This document shows positions 18,532-28,341 of a DNA stretch of 64,000 bases, piece by piece. This DNA is from Syntrophales bacterium (GTDB lineage Bacteria > Desulfobacterota > Syntrophia > Syntrophales > UBA8958): NCBI GenBank assembly GCA_035448805.1, contig DAOTJR010000002.1:18832-82831 (forward strand), read 5' to 3'. Position 1 is the stretch's first letter. Each line of letters opens with the position of its first letter. The position numbers and the translations under genes were made by a program. The notes beneath the pieces were generated by a model, which had not been told where the DNA came from, made no database searches, and saw nothing but the letters and a program-made list of their open reading frames with translations.

Positions 18532-19446
18532 TCAGCGGCTGGTTTTCAGCACCGCCTGTCGCTCCACAAATTCCGCCCCGGAAGATCCCGATGCCGAAGT
18601 TGTCCCGGTACTGCCGGGACGGCCGCCGACGATCTTGACACCCCGACTTTTGACCCCGATGTCGGCACCGCGGGTCTTCACCCCGTAAACTTCACCGGCG
18701 GCGGCCAGTTCCAGGTCCCCAAGGGGGGCGGTGCTGGCGTGGAGGATCAACTGCTCATCTCCGAAAGGGGGAGCGATCTCCAGACGATAACGGTCCTTCT
18801 CGCCCTCGGGCAGCTCATAGATTACCCCGCCCTGGAAATAGTTGTCCCGGCGGTAGGGATTGGGAAGAAGCTGGATCGTCTGCCCCCCGGCGTCCCGGTA
18901 GAGGATGCGGGCGTAAAAGGGCCGGTTTCCTTTGATAAAAATCCGAATATGCTCCCCCTGCCGGTATTCCTTCCGACCCGTCCAGATCCGGACGTTCAAC
19001 GGTGCGGCCGGGTCATCGGCCAGCTCTTCTTTTTTGGCGAGCTTATCCATGAAGCCGGCATCCGGGATCACCTCCGCCTTGATCCGGTAACGGAAGCAAT
19101 CACCCGCCTTGTCGTCCCGGTACCATCCCGTTCCCTCCTTCAGCTCTTCCACCACCGTGACCTCCGCCCGGGAATAGGCCTCGACAAGGTCTTTTTCCAC
19201 CTGAAAATCCTTCACGCTGGTCTGACTTTTGATAAAGGTCCGGGCCTGCTCCACGGCATTGCGCCGTGCCTCGGACCGGGCTTCCTTTTCCGTATCCCGC
19301 CGGGACTTGTCCACCCCCAGACACGAGTATCCTTCCGCCACGACGATGGCCGACTGGCCGGCAGCGGCATGCCGGACCATCACCGCGGCCGGCGGCAGGG
19401 CAAGAAAAGGCAGCAGCATTAAGAACAGCCATCTTCGGTTCTTCAT
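18532..19446 (-). CDS. secreted DUF4384 domain protein
   Basis: Signal peptide MKNRRWLFLMLLPFLALPPAAV. The C-terminal segment RIWTGRKEYRQGEHIRIFIKGNRPFYARILYRDAGGQTIQLLPN matches the DUF4384 pattern. The ATG at 19446 follows a GGGAGG RBS. Confidence 0.6.
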   Translation of the reverse strand: MKNRRWLFLMLLPFLALPPAAVMVRHAAAGQSAIVVAEGYSCLGVDKSRRDTEKEARSEARRNAVEQARTFIKSQTSVKDFQVEKDLVEAYSRAEVTVVEELKEGTGWYRDDKAGDCFRYRIKAEVIPDAGFMDKLAKKEELADDPAAPLNVRIWTGRKEYRQGEHIRIFIKGNRPFYARILYRDAGGQTIQLLPNPYRRDNYFQGGVIYELPEGEKDRYRLEIAPPFGDEQLILHASTAPLGDLELAAAGEVYGVKTRGADIGVKSRGVKIVGGRPGSTGTTSASGSSGAEFVERQAVLKTSR

Positions 19447-19692
19447 AGGGCAACCTCCCGATAACAAAGAGGGAATGGGACTATCGGCATCCGCCGGAGT
19501 ATTTCCTGCTTTAGCGGCATGTCCGCCCCCGGACGCAGGGGTTAAGGGCGGTATACATTAACTGTAAACGATTAACAAGCCCTATCGAAGCCCGCGGGGA
19601 AAAGGAAAAACCCCGCTCGTTCCCGGACTACAGGTTGACGAACTCTTAACCCCCATGCCCCGTAGGACGCCGGGAAGCATGAAAACGGCATT

Positions 19693-19797
19693 TTCATAGC
19701 AAGGTCGCGAATGTCACTTTATGAAAATTCTTACCTAATAATTACAGCACGTTACAAAGCCACTTTTGGCAAGTTCCGACTTGTTACGGGCTCATCG
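19693..19797 (+). repeat. family-2 intergenic repeat, copy a
   Basis: Aligns over about 105 nt with 43222..43326 (+) and 41335..41427 (-). The shared core is TCAC-TTyATGAAAATTC...CCTAATAATTACrG...TTACAAAGCC-CTTTTGG...TTACGGGCTCrTC. Confidence 0.85.
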
Positions 19798-19939
19798 AGG
19801 TTTGTTTTCCGCCCGGCACGTCTCCCCGGGTCGGGCAAATGATCGATTGCAAATATTCGGCGTTAATGGCAAAGGACGCTGAAGCACATTTCAAGCCCGG
19901 CGGGGGCCAGCCACGGGCAGGATACTTTATCGACAAAAA

Positions 19940-21124
19940 ATGAGCAGCAAGCAATCGGCAGACGGCAGCGGCAATCTCTTCCACGAACCGCTTTTCCCCG
20001 CCGTCATACCCGGCCGTTTCCGGCGGCGACTCAACCGTTTCGTCATCGAATGCGACTGCGGGGTACGGGTGGTGCAAGCGCACCTGCCCAATCCCGGTCG
20101 TCTGTGGGAACTCCTCGTTCCGGGCCGGACCGTATCCCTGGTTAAAAATGCCCCGGGGCCCGGACACAAGACCCCCTATACGGCCGTAGCCGTGGAAAGG
20201 GACGGCGTCACCGTTCTTCTCCATACGACAAAAACCAACGATACCGCACAATTCCTTCTCCAGGAGCGACTGGTGCCGGGACTGGAGGGAGCCGAGATCT
20301 TAAAAAGGGAAATCCCCCTGGGAAACAGCCGCTTCGATTTTCTCCTCCGGGAAAAAAAAGAACGGATTCTCCTCGAGGTTAAATCCTGCACCCTCTACGG
20401 ACGCTCCCTGGCCATGTTCCCCGACGCCGTCACCGCCCGGGGCCGGCGTCACCTGACGGAACTGGCAACCCATGCCGAAAAAGGCCGGCGTTGCGGCGTC
20501 CTTTTTATCGTCCATTCCCCCGGTCCGGAATTCTTTCTGCCCGATTATCACACCGATTACGAATTCGCCCGCACCTTCCAAACCCACCGGAATCGTCTTT
20601 TTTACCTAGCACTCCGCATCTCCTGGCGTAAAGACCTGTGCTTGAACGCAATCACCGGCGCCGCGCCAATCCCTTGGGCGCTGCTGGAACGAGAGGCCCG
20701 GGATGAGGGCTGCTACATCCTCATCTTAACCCTCACCGCCACTCTCCGTATTCCCGCCGGTAACCTGGGCAGACTTGATTTTCCCGCAGGCTACTATCTC
20801 TATGTCGGTTCGGCGCGGAAGAATCTCTCGGCCCGGCTGGCACACCATTGCCGCCGGGACGGCCAAAACCTTCACCGCCATATCGATTGTCTCCGGCCCG
20901 CCGCCGCTTCCTGCCTGGCTTTGCCGATAAGAACGCAAGACGATATCGAATGCGAACTGGCCGCCGCCGTAAGTGCCATCGCCGTAAGGACGATCCCCGG
21001 ATTCGGCTCTGCGGACTGTTCCTGTCCCGGACACCTCTTCTTCATGCCCGTCCACCCCCTCCACAGCCCGGAGTTCCGGAAGCTGCTCCAGTATTACCGG
21101 ATGGACCGCCTCAACCCCTTCTGA
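19940..21124 (+). CDS. sfsA: SfsA family protein fused to a C-terminal DUF123 (GIY-YIG-like) domain
   Basis: The N-terminal ~235 aa contain GRFRRRLNRFVIEC...AHLPNPGRLWELL...SRFDFLL...LEVKSCTL...FPDAVTARGRRHL (SfsA). The C-terminal part reads GCYILIL...GYYLYVGSARKNLSARLAHH...HRHIDCL...ECELA...GFGSADCSCPGHLFF, which is the DUF123 pattern. Confidence 0.75.
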   Translation: MSSKQSADGSGNLFHEPLFPAVIPGRFRRRLNRFVIECDCGVRVVQAHLPNPGRLWELLVPGRTVSLVKNAPGPGHKTPYTAVAVERDGVTVLLHTTKTNDTAQFLLQERLVPGLEGAEILKREIPLGNSRFDFLLREKKERILLEVKSCTLYGRSLAMFPDAVTARGRRHLTELATHAEKGRRCGVLFIVHSPGPEFFLPDYHTDYEFARTFQTHRNRLFYLALRISWRKDLCLNAITGAAPIPWALLEREARDEGCYILILTLTATLRIPAGNLGRLDFPAGYYLYVGSARKNLSARLAHHCRRDGQNLHRHIDCLRPAAASCLALPIRTQDDIECELAAAVSAIAVRTIPGFGSADCSCPGHLFFMPVHPLHSPEFRKLLQYYRMDRLNPF

Positions 21125-21353
21125 AGGGGAGGGGGTGAAATGCCGTACCCGGCAAAGCCCTTGTCGTCAAACCGTCAGGGGGCTTAAAAATCCGGTCCTG
21201 CAGAGACAAATCACGGCCTTTTTCAACTGGGAAGCCGCACCGGCGGCGCTGTCTATCCGGGAATCGAACCGTTCCCCGGCCCCATCGCCGCTTGACGAAG
21301 GCAGCCCGGATGTCCGAAACAGGATTGTCGATGACGTTTAGTGTGTGGTGTCT

Positions 21354-21803
21354 TTACCGGTCTTGAATATTCATACCCATCCGCTTCAAACTGCCTTTGA
21401 AGAGGACGTCCATCCGCTGGTTTTCGAGGATCTTTTCCACAAAACCGATGCCGAAGGAAGGATGATCGATGATATCGCCGCGCTGATAGCGGTCGGTCAT
21501 CCGATAAGGGATGATCTTGGCATCCTGCCCCAGTTCTTCGTACCGCTGCAGCCAGCGCTGTGTCTCCACTGCCTCGGCCTGCCGGCTTTCCTCCGCCGCT
21601 TTCGTACCGGTACGACGGGAGCGGTCACTGGCGGGCGCAGCCTTTCTTTCCCGGGATTTGGCGCCCCGGTATTTGTGTTCCGCTCCGCAGGTCTTACACT
21701 TGACGCGGGCGATGACGCCGCTGACCTCATAAAGGACGATATGGGCCAACGTCAAGCCGCACCGCGTGCAGAGACAGTCAACGTTTTTTCCCACCAAGGA
21801 CAT
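21354..21803 (-). CDS. hypothetical zinc-ribbon protein
   Basis: CTRCG...CKTCG pair, a basic linker, and a C-terminal GDIIDHPSFGIGFVEKILENQRMDVLF SH3/Tudor-like segment. I place the start at MSLVGKN (ATG 21803) behind an AAAGGGG RBS. Confidence 0.5.
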   Translation of the reverse strand: MSLVGKNVDCLCTRCGLTLAHIVLYEVSGVIARVKCKTCGAEHKYRGAKSRERKAAPASDRSRRTGTKAAEESRQAEAVETQRWLQRYEELGQDAKIIPYRMTDRYQRGDIIDHPSFGIGFVEKILENQRMDVLFKGSLKRMGMNIQDR

Positions 21804-22128
21804 GATTGTACCCCTTTCCCAGCCTGGTTTTTTCATTGCCCGCCTGTCACCGGAGGGCAAACCGTTCCCGGCGCTTACCTATTCGGGCTGCCGCCCCCTG
21901 CGACGGTCTGAATCCACAACCCGCGCCCGTTCACACCACCGCTTCTATTGATACGCAAATTCCTGCAATTAGCAAGGAAAAATATCTCTTGCCGCCTCTG
22001 GAATAACTGATGCAAAAGCTCCTGTTTAGTGCTAAGAGGAACGCGGCATCCCGCCGGCGGGGATTATCGACCCTCCCGGAGACCGGGCCGACCGCCGAAT
22101 CGACCACCGAAAGGATTATTTTACCGTT

Positions 22129-23205
22129 ATGTATACCGTCATCATGGCCGGGGGCAAGGGATCGAGGTTCTGGCCCCGGAGCAGGAACCGCCTCCCCAAA
22201 CATCTCCTCGATATTTGCGGCGAAAGGACCATCATCCAGGAAACCGTGGCCAGGATCCTCCCCCTGACGCCGCCGGAGAAGATCCTCATCGTCACCGGCG
22301 CCGCCCATGCCGAGGAACTGATCGCCCAACTGCCCGAGATCCCCCGGGAGAACATCCTCATCGAGCCCGTGGGCCGCAACACCGCCCCCTGCATCGGCCT
22401 GGCCGCCCTGGTGGTAAAGCACCGGTCCGGCGACGACGTCATGGCCGTTCTTCCCTCGGATCACCGGATCGGAGATGAAGAAACATTCCGGCGCGTGCTG
22501 TCCGCCGCCGCCGACATAGCCGCCACGGGGGAGCACCTGGTCACCGTCGGCATCAAGCCGACGGGTCCGGAAACCGGCTACGGCTACATCGAACAGGGAC
22601 CGCCCGTGGCCCGGAAAAGAGGAGAGGAAATTTACAGCGTCCGGTCCCTGCGGGAGAAACCGGATCTGGATACGGCAAAGGCCTTCATCGCCCGGGGGGG
22701 ATTCTTCTGGAACAGCGGGATGTTCATCTGGCGGGCCGCGACGATCCTCAAGGAAATCGCCGCCTCTTTGCCGGATATTCACGCCGGCTTGGTGGAAATC
22801 GACGCCGCCCTGGGAACGCCGGCGGCGGCGGCGGTCATCGCTGCGGTCTATAACCGTTTCCGCTCCATATCCATAGATTACGGCGTCATGGAGAAGGCGC
22901 GGGACGTTCTGATCATACCCGCGGATTTCGCCTGGTCCGACGTGGGGAGCTGGGACGCCCTGTGGGAGGTCTCGGCAAAGGACGGCTCAGGAATCGCCGC
23001 CCGGAACCCTGGCGGGCTGATCAGCGTGAATGCCCGGAATTCCCTGGTCCATTCCCCCCGGAAGCTGGTGGCCCTGGTGGATGTGGAGGATCTCATCGTC
23101 GTGGAGACGGACGACGCCCTGTTGATCTGCCGGCGTGGGGCGTCCCAGGATGTCCGCCGGGTTGTGGAACTCCTGGAGGAGAAGGGAGAAACCCGCTATC
23201 TCTAA
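22129..23205 (+). CDS. mannose-1-phosphate guanylyltransferase (nucleotidyltransferase domain only)
   Basis: 358 aa. MYTVIMAGGKGSRFWPRSR, EPVGRNTAPCI, GYGYIE, FFWNSGMFIW and YGVMEKA are typical ManC/CpsB blocks. Confidence 0.85.
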   Translation: MYTVIMAGGKGSRFWPRSRNRLPKHLLDICGERTIIQETVARILPLTPPEKILIVTGAAHAEELIAQLPEIPRENILIEPVGRNTAPCIGLAALVVKHRSGDDVMAVLPSDHRIGDEETFRRVLSAAADIAATGEHLVTVGIKPTGPETGYGYIEQGPPVARKRGEEIYSVRSLREKPDLDTAKAFIARGGFFWNSGMFIWRAATILKEIAASLPDIHAGLVEIDAALGTPAAAAVIAAVYNRFRSISIDYGVMEKARDVLIIPADFAWSDVGSWDALWEVSAKDGSGIAARNPGGLISVNARNSLVHSPRKLVALVDVEDLIVVETDDALLICRRGASQDVRRVVELLEEKGETRYL

Positions 23206-23233
23206 CCTCCGGACGGGGATGCTCCCCCCGTGG

Positions 23234-23566
23234 TCAGGGGCGGGGAGCTGTCGACGTCCGGAGCGGAACGTACACCGGCTTCCCCTGGACGGTAAACCTC
23301 CCGTTCTCCATGGCCCGGACGATTTTCGCCGGGGAAGTCCGCTGATCGTCGAAAACGACCACCACCAGACCCGCACTCGGCATTTCATAACTGATCATCC
23401 CGGCGACATTCTTCAGGACGGACCCCATCCTGGCGCGTTCCCCTCAGGTGTGGCACCCGGCCACCCGGAGCTGCACCGCCCTGGTCGCCGCCCAGACCGT
23501 TTGCCCACTGTCCGGGATCAGCAGCAGGCATATCAGCGGGATGATTATCCCCCCAAGTATTTTCAT
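23234..23566 (-). CDS. candidate selenoprotein: secreted MerP-like heavy-metal-associated (HMA) domain protein with a C-x-x-U motif (in-frame TGA at 23446..23444)
   Basis: ATG 23566 lies behind a GAGGA RBS. The signal peptide MKILGGIIIPLICLLLIPDSGQTVWAA is followed by TRAVQLRVAG-C-H-T-[TGA]-GERARMGSVLKNVAGMISYEMPSAGLVVVVFDDQRTSPAKIVRAMENGRF. The ORF track only lists the part after the TGA (23234..23428). The layout parallels MerP (VWAATQTVTLAVPGMTCAACPITVKKALSKVEGV...VVTFDD). Confidence 0.65.
23414..23432 (-). other. putative bacterial SECIS hairpin
   Basis: The RNA after the UGA has an 11-nt spacer GGGGAACGCGC. It is followed by CAGGAUGG-GGU-CCGUCCUG: 8 bp including one G-U pair, with a G-rich apical loop. 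Confidence 0.55.
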
Positions 23567-23834
23567 CTCCCTTTCCTCAGTTATCTACCGCCTTGCCAGC
23601 GGTCACGGCTGCCCTCCGGACGGCGGCGCCAACCGTCCGCCCGCTGCCCGGCGGCACCCCTGCCGCCACCGCCGGCCGGGTATTTTCTAACGGCGCGGTG
23701 CTTTGCTGTCAAGCGATATTCACTAAGGCACGGCGGCGCCATTATTGCCGGCACATGGACAGACGGAGAAAACTGTGCTAGTCAGAAGGAAAAACATCTG
23801 CCGCGGCGCCGCCGGAACCTGAAAATTAAACTTC

Positions 23835-24434
23835 ATGGCCCTGATGCTCACCCACCCCCTGATTCTCGCCTCCGCCTCGCCCCGGCGGGAGGAGTTGCTG
23901 CGCCTCCTGGGGTTGGATTTTCAGGTCATTCCCAGCCGGGTGGACGAAACCTTCTTCGTCAATGAGAGGCCCGCCGAACATGTGCTGCGGCTGGCGGAGA
24001 ACAAGGCCCACGCCGTCGCCCAGCTCCACCCCCGGGCCTGGGTCCTGGGGGCCGACACCATCGTCGTCATCGACGGCGAGGTATTGGGAAAACCGGTGGA
24101 CCCCCCGGCGGCGGCAGCGATGCTCGAAAAACTCAGCGGGCGGACTCACGAGGTCTTTACGGGTTTTGCCCTCCTCCGCGTCGCCTCCCGGGTCGCGATC
24201 GGGCAAGCGGTCCGGGCATCCGTAACCTTTCGTAATATTTCCCCGGAAGAAAAAATGTGGTATATCCGCTCTCCGGAACCGTACGACAAGGCCGGGGCTT
24301 ACGCCGTGCAGGGACGCGGGGCCTTTTTCATCAAGGAAATAAACGGCTCCTACACCAACGTCATGGGTCTGCCCCTCTGTGAGGTCGTGGACGCCCTGAA
24401 AGAGGCCGGGGCCCTGGCCTTTGCGCCCGGATGA
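23835..24434 (+). CDS. maf: Maf-like nucleoside triphosphate pyrophosphatase
   Basis: 199 aa. LILASASPRREELL, GADTIVV, SGRTHEVFTG and GAYAVQG. Confidence 0.9.
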   Translation: MALMLTHPLILASASPRREELLRLLGLDFQVIPSRVDETFFVNERPAEHVLRLAENKAHAVAQLHPRAWVLGADTIVVIDGEVLGKPVDPPAAAAMLEKLSGRTHEVFTGFALLRVASRVAIGQAVRASVTFRNISPEEKMWYIRSPEPYDKAGAYAVQGRGAFFIKEINGSYTNVMGLPLCEVVDALKEAGALAFAPG

Positions 24435-24541
24435 TGGCGGTCCCGGAGGATTAGTTGCGGAAGACTTCGCACCGCGGAAAATTGTTTCGCAAGCAGCGAA
24501 GCCGCGGGCCAATTTGTTAATGAAGTCATAAGATAAAGACG

Positions 24542-25255
24542 ATGGACGATTCTGTAGCCAGGAATATCGGGATTATCCGGGGGCGTATCGCGGCCGCCGC
24601 GGCCCGGTCGGGTCGCCGGGCGGAAGAGGTGCGCCTCATGGCCGTCACCAAGACCGTGGACGACGGGCGGATCGCCGCGGCCATCGCCGCCGGCGTGGAT
24701 ATGATCGGCGAGAACTACGTTCAGGAGGCGAAACGCAAGATCGAAATCATGGGGCGGACCCGGGAGTGGCATCTGATCGGTCATCTCCAGACCAACAAGG
24801 CCAAATACGCCGTCAAGCTATTCGATATGATTCATTCCGTGGATCGGATCGAAGTCGCCAGAGAGCTCGATCGCCGGGCTGCCGGGGCGGGTCTGATCGT
24901 CAAGATCTTAATCGAGGTCAATGTCAGCGGGGAGATGACAAAGCGGGGGGTGCCCCGGGAAGAGGCGCTGAACCTCATCGAGGAGATTGCGCCGCTGGCA
25001 AACATCTCCATCCGGGGTTTGATGACCATGGCCCCGTGGAGTGACGACCCCGAGGAAGTCCGTCCGTGCTTCGCCGCCCTGAGGACCCTCCGGGATCGGA
25101 TCGCCGCGGCCGGCATCCCCGGTGTAGCCATGGAAGAACTTTCCATGGGGATGTCGGGTGACTACGAGGTGGCCGTCGAGGAAGGGGCGACCATCGTCCG
25201 GATCGGCCGCTCCCTTTTCGGGGAACGGCCGCTCCGGAGCTCGGCAAAGGATTGA
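24542..25255 (+). CDS. YggS family pyridoxal phosphate homeostasis protein
   Basis: 237 aa. LMAVTKTV, IGENYVQEA, WHLIGHLQTNK, LSMGMSGDY and IVRIGRSLFG. Confidence 0.9.
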   Translation: MDDSVARNIGIIRGRIAAAAARSGRRAEEVRLMAVTKTVDDGRIAAAIAAGVDMIGENYVQEAKRKIEIMGRTREWHLIGHLQTNKAKYAVKLFDMIHSVDRIEVARELDRRAAGAGLIVKILIEVNVSGEMTKRGVPREEALNLIEEIAPLANISIRGLMTMAPWSDDPEEVRPCFAALRTLRDRIAAAGIPGVAMEELSMGMSGDYEVAVEEGATIVRIGRSLFGERPLRSSAKD

Positions 25256-25398
25256 GCATGCGTCGTTTCCTGCCCCCGAGCCCTGCCGTCACAAGCATTT
25301 TTCAGCATTTCTAAATGGTTAGCACAAATTTCACGGGTTGACATTTACGCCGTGATCATGGTAGGGGGTTGCCCCTGAACCAGCTTCAGGAGGTGCAA

Positions 25399-26031
25399 AT
25401 GTTTCTCAAACAGCTACAGGTGAGTCAGATGGCGGTTTTTGCCTATCTGGTGGGCGATGAGGATTCCGGCGAGGCTATGGTTATCGATCCCGCTGCGGAG
25501 ACGGCAAAGATCGCCTCTCTGGCGACAACGAACAATTTGAAGATAAAATATATCGTCAACACCCATGGTCATGTGGATCACATTTCCGGCAATCGGGACA
25601 TGCAAGAGCTTACCGGCGCCAAGATCATCATCCATGAGGCCGACGCGGCCCTGCTCGTCTCCACTCCCGCCCTGTACCTCCGGATGTTCGGAGCCAAACC
25701 GTCCCCCCCCGCGGATATTACCGTCCAAGAAGGCGACAGGATTTCCGTAGGCAATATCGTCTTTCAGGTAATCGCCACTCCGGGGCACTCCCCCGGCAGT
25801 ATGTGCCTGCTCGGCGAAGGACTCGTTTTTACCGGGGACACGCTGTTTGTAGGCGCCATCGGCCGGACGGATCTGCCGGGGGGATCATGGAGTACCATGG
25901 CCCGTTCCCTGAGAGACAAGTTGTCCGTCCTGCCCGACGAAACCAGGGTGCTGCCGGGCCACAATTACGGCGCCGCACCCACCTCGACCATCGGCTATGA
26001 GAAACGGCACAACCCTTATCTGAAGTTTTGA
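25399..26031 (+). CDS. MBL-fold metallo-hydrolase (glyoxalase II-like)
   Basis: NTHGHVDHISGN (HxHxDH), TPGHSPGS and GDTLFVGAIGRTDLPGG. The ATG at 25399 follows a CAGGAGG RBS; the ORF track start at TTG 25369 is less likely. Confidence 0.85.
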   Translation: MFLKQLQVSQMAVFAYLVGDEDSGEAMVIDPAAETAKIASLATTNNLKIKYIVNTHGHVDHISGNRDMQELTGAKIIIHEADAALLVSTPALYLRMFGAKPSPPADITVQEGDRISVGNIVFQVIATPGHSPGSMCLLGEGLVFTGDTLFVGAIGRTDLPGGSWSTMARSLRDKLSVLPDETRVLPGHNYGAAPTSTIGYEKRHNPYLKF

Positions 26032-26080
26032 CCGCTGACCCGGTTACCTTTTTTATACCGAAGGCAAGGAAAAACAACCT

Positions 26081-26977
26081 ATGGGGGATCTAAACATGAC
26101 TGCGCCGCTGATTACCACGTCAATGCCCGACCTGAAGTTGATGGGACGGGGAAAGGTCCGGGACATATACGCCCTGGATGATCGGTTGCTGATAGTGGCC
26201 ACGGACCGGATATCCGCATTCGACGTCATTATGCCCAATCCCATCCCGGGAAAAGGAAGGGTCCTCACCCAGATGTCCGCCTTCTGGTTCCGGACGATGG
26301 CGGATATCATCGATAATCATTTGCTCTCCACCGATCCGGAAGATTATCCCGAGGCGTGCCGTCCCTACCGGGAGATGCTGGCAGGGAGAAGTATGCTGGT
26401 CAAGAAAGCCCGGCCGTTACCGGTGGAATGCATCGTCCGCGGCTATCTCAGCGGTTCGGGATGGAAGGACTACCAGCGTGAAGGGACCGTTTCGGGAATT
26501 CGCCTGCCCGCGGGCTTGAAAGAATCTTCCCGCCTTCCGGAACCTATCTTTACGCCCTCCACGAAAGCGCCGGAGGGGGAACACGACCTGGCCATCACCC
26601 GTGAGGATATGGAGCGGATGATCGGCAAGGAATTGACGGATAAGATCATCACCATCAGCATCGCCATCTATAAAAGGGCGGCATCCCTGGCCGCCGCTCG
26701 GGGGATCATAATCGCCGACACCAAAATGGAATTCGGTATTTACGAAGGGCAACCGATCATTATCGACGAACTTCTCACCCCTGATTCTTCCCGCTTCTGG
26801 CCCCGGGACAGTTATGAGGAGGGGCGGGGACAGAGTAGCTTCGACAAGCAGTTTCTCCGGGACTATCTTCTGTCCCTCCCGTGGGATCAGCGCCCGCCGG
26901 CCCCTCCTCTACCGGAGGAAATAATTATAAAAACAGCGGAAAAATATGAAGAGGCGTTGAGGCGTTTAACGGCCTGA
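26081..26977 (+). CDS. purC: phosphoribosylaminoimidazole-succinocarboxamide synthase
   Basis: 298 aa. [47 protein letters not shown] and DKQFLRDYL. Confidence 0.9.
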   Translation: MGDLNMTAPLITTSMPDLKLMGRGKVRDIYALDDRLLIVATDRISAFDVIMPNPIPGKGRVLTQMSAFWFRTMADIIDNHLLSTDPEDYPEACRPYREMLAGRSMLVKKARPLPVECIVRGYLSGSGWKDYQREGTVSGIRLPAGLKESSRLPEPIFTPSTKAPEGEHDLAITREDMERMIGKELTDKIITISIAIYKRAASLAAARGIIIADTKMEFGIYEGQPIIIDELLTPDSSRFWPRDSYEEGRGQSSFDKQFLRDYLLSLPWDQRPPAPPLPEEIIIKTAEKYEEALRRLTA

Positions 26978-27068
26978 AAAGGTCACGACCATCTTGACAC
27001 TACCGGCAGCGCTAATTAAATTACGTACGTTTGCCTGGAACGAACCCGTTCGGAATGATTTACATAAA

Positions 27069-27200
27069 GGAAACCCATATGACGGCGTGCCGTCACAAAG
27101 CAGGATGAAAACGGCGGGACGCGCTCCGCAGTGTCCGCAGCGCTTCCGTTAATGATAAACATTTGTAGATCAATAACATATGCGCGCTTTTGCGAGTGAA
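27069..27200 (-). repeat. family-1 intergenic repeat, copy B
   Basis: Its reverse complement aligns with the other copies. The terminal hairpin is TGACGG-CACG-CCGTCA. Its 5' end lies 27 nt upstream of the dnaJ ATG on the opposite strand. Confidence 0.9.
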
Positions 27201-27226
27201 GAGGGGAAAAGGGATCAGGACAACCC

Positions 27227-28285
27227 ATGACAAAGAGATGTTACTACGAGATCCTGAATGTAAGCCGTGACGCCACAGAAGAGGAAATAAAGAAAAGTTA
27301 CCGCCGGTTGGCCATGCAGTATCACCCGGACCGGAATCCCGGCAATCGGGAGGCGGAGGAAAGATTCAAGGAAGCCGCCGAGGCCTACGAGGTACTAAGC
27401 GACCCGCAAAAGCGGGAAATTTACAATCAGTACGGCCATGAAGGACTGAGCAGTTCCGGGTTCCAGGGCTTCTCCGGTTTCGACGACATCTTCAGCAGTT
27501 TCGGCGATATCTTCGGCGATATCTTCGGCTTCGGCAACGGCCGCTCCCGCTCGCGGACTTCGGCCCGGGGGGGTGCGGATCTCCGGTATGACCTGCAAAT
27601 ATCCTTTATGGAAGCCGCCTTTGGCCTGACCAAAGACATCGAAATAGAAAAATTCGCCCGGTGTCATGAATGCGGAGGTTCAGGGGCGGCACCAGGAACG
27701 TACCCGGAGGCATGCCCCCGGTGTCGCGGCCGGGGACAGGTGACCCAGTCCAGCGGGTTCTTCAGTATCAGCACCACCTGCCCGAATTGCCGCGGCCAGG
27801 GGCAGATCATTAACCAGCCCTGTAAGAACTGCCGGGGCTCCGGACGAGAAAAAGTAAAGAAAACAGTACAGATAAAGATACCGGCCGGTGTCGAGACGGG
27901 ATCGCGTCTCCGGCTCCGCGGGGAAGGAGAACAGGGGGAGTTCGGAGGCCCCAACGGGGATCTGTATATCTTCATTCATGTCCAGGAGCATGAATTCTTT
28001 CAACGTTCCGACGACGACATAATTTGTAAGGTACCCATATCCTTTGTTCAGGCAGCCCTGGGTGACAGCATCGAAGTACCGACCCTGACGGGAACGGAAA
28101 AGTTGAAGATTCCCCGGGGCACCCAGAGCGGCAAGATTTTCCGTTTGAAGGGAAAAGGAATCGCCCATCTCCGCGGCTTCGGCCGGGGCGACCAGATAAT
28201 CGAGACCGTTGTGACCATCCCTACCAACCTCAACAGGAGGCAGGAGGAAATATTAAGGGAATTCGCCCGGATCAGTAACGATTAA
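27227..28285 (+). CDS. dnaJ: molecular chaperone DnaJ
   Basis: J domain [32 protein letters not shown], a G/F region, four CxxCxGxG zinc-finger repeats, and a C-terminal substrate-binding domain. Confidence 0.95.
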   Translation: MTKRCYYEILNVSRDATEEEIKKSYRRLAMQYHPDRNPGNREAEERFKEAAEAYEVLSDPQKREIYNQYGHEGLSSSGFQGFSGFDDIFSSFGDIFGDIFGFGNGRSRSRTSARGGADLRYDLQISFMEAAFGLTKDIEIEKFARCHECGGSGAAPGTYPEACPRCRGRGQVTQSSGFFSISTTCPNCRGQGQIINQPCKNCRGSGREKVKKTVQIKIPAGVETGSRLRLRGEGEQGEFGGPNGDLYIFIHVQEHEFFQRSDDDIICKVPISFVQAALGDSIEVPTLTGTEKLKIPRGTQSGKIFRLKGKGIAHLRGFGRGDQIIETVVTIPTNLNRRQEEILREFARISND

Positions 28286-28341
28286 TCCCTCAGCCAGGGA
28301 CCGGGCCGAACGATATTTTATATATTCCAGGGAGGTAGAAA

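Noticed and set aside
27470-27540. Short tandem DNA repeat GGCGATATCTTCGGCGATATCTTCGGCTTCGGC inside dnaJ.
   Set aside because: It encodes the [11 protein letters not shown] part of the normal DnaJ Gly/Phe-rich linker, so it is not an independent repeat element.
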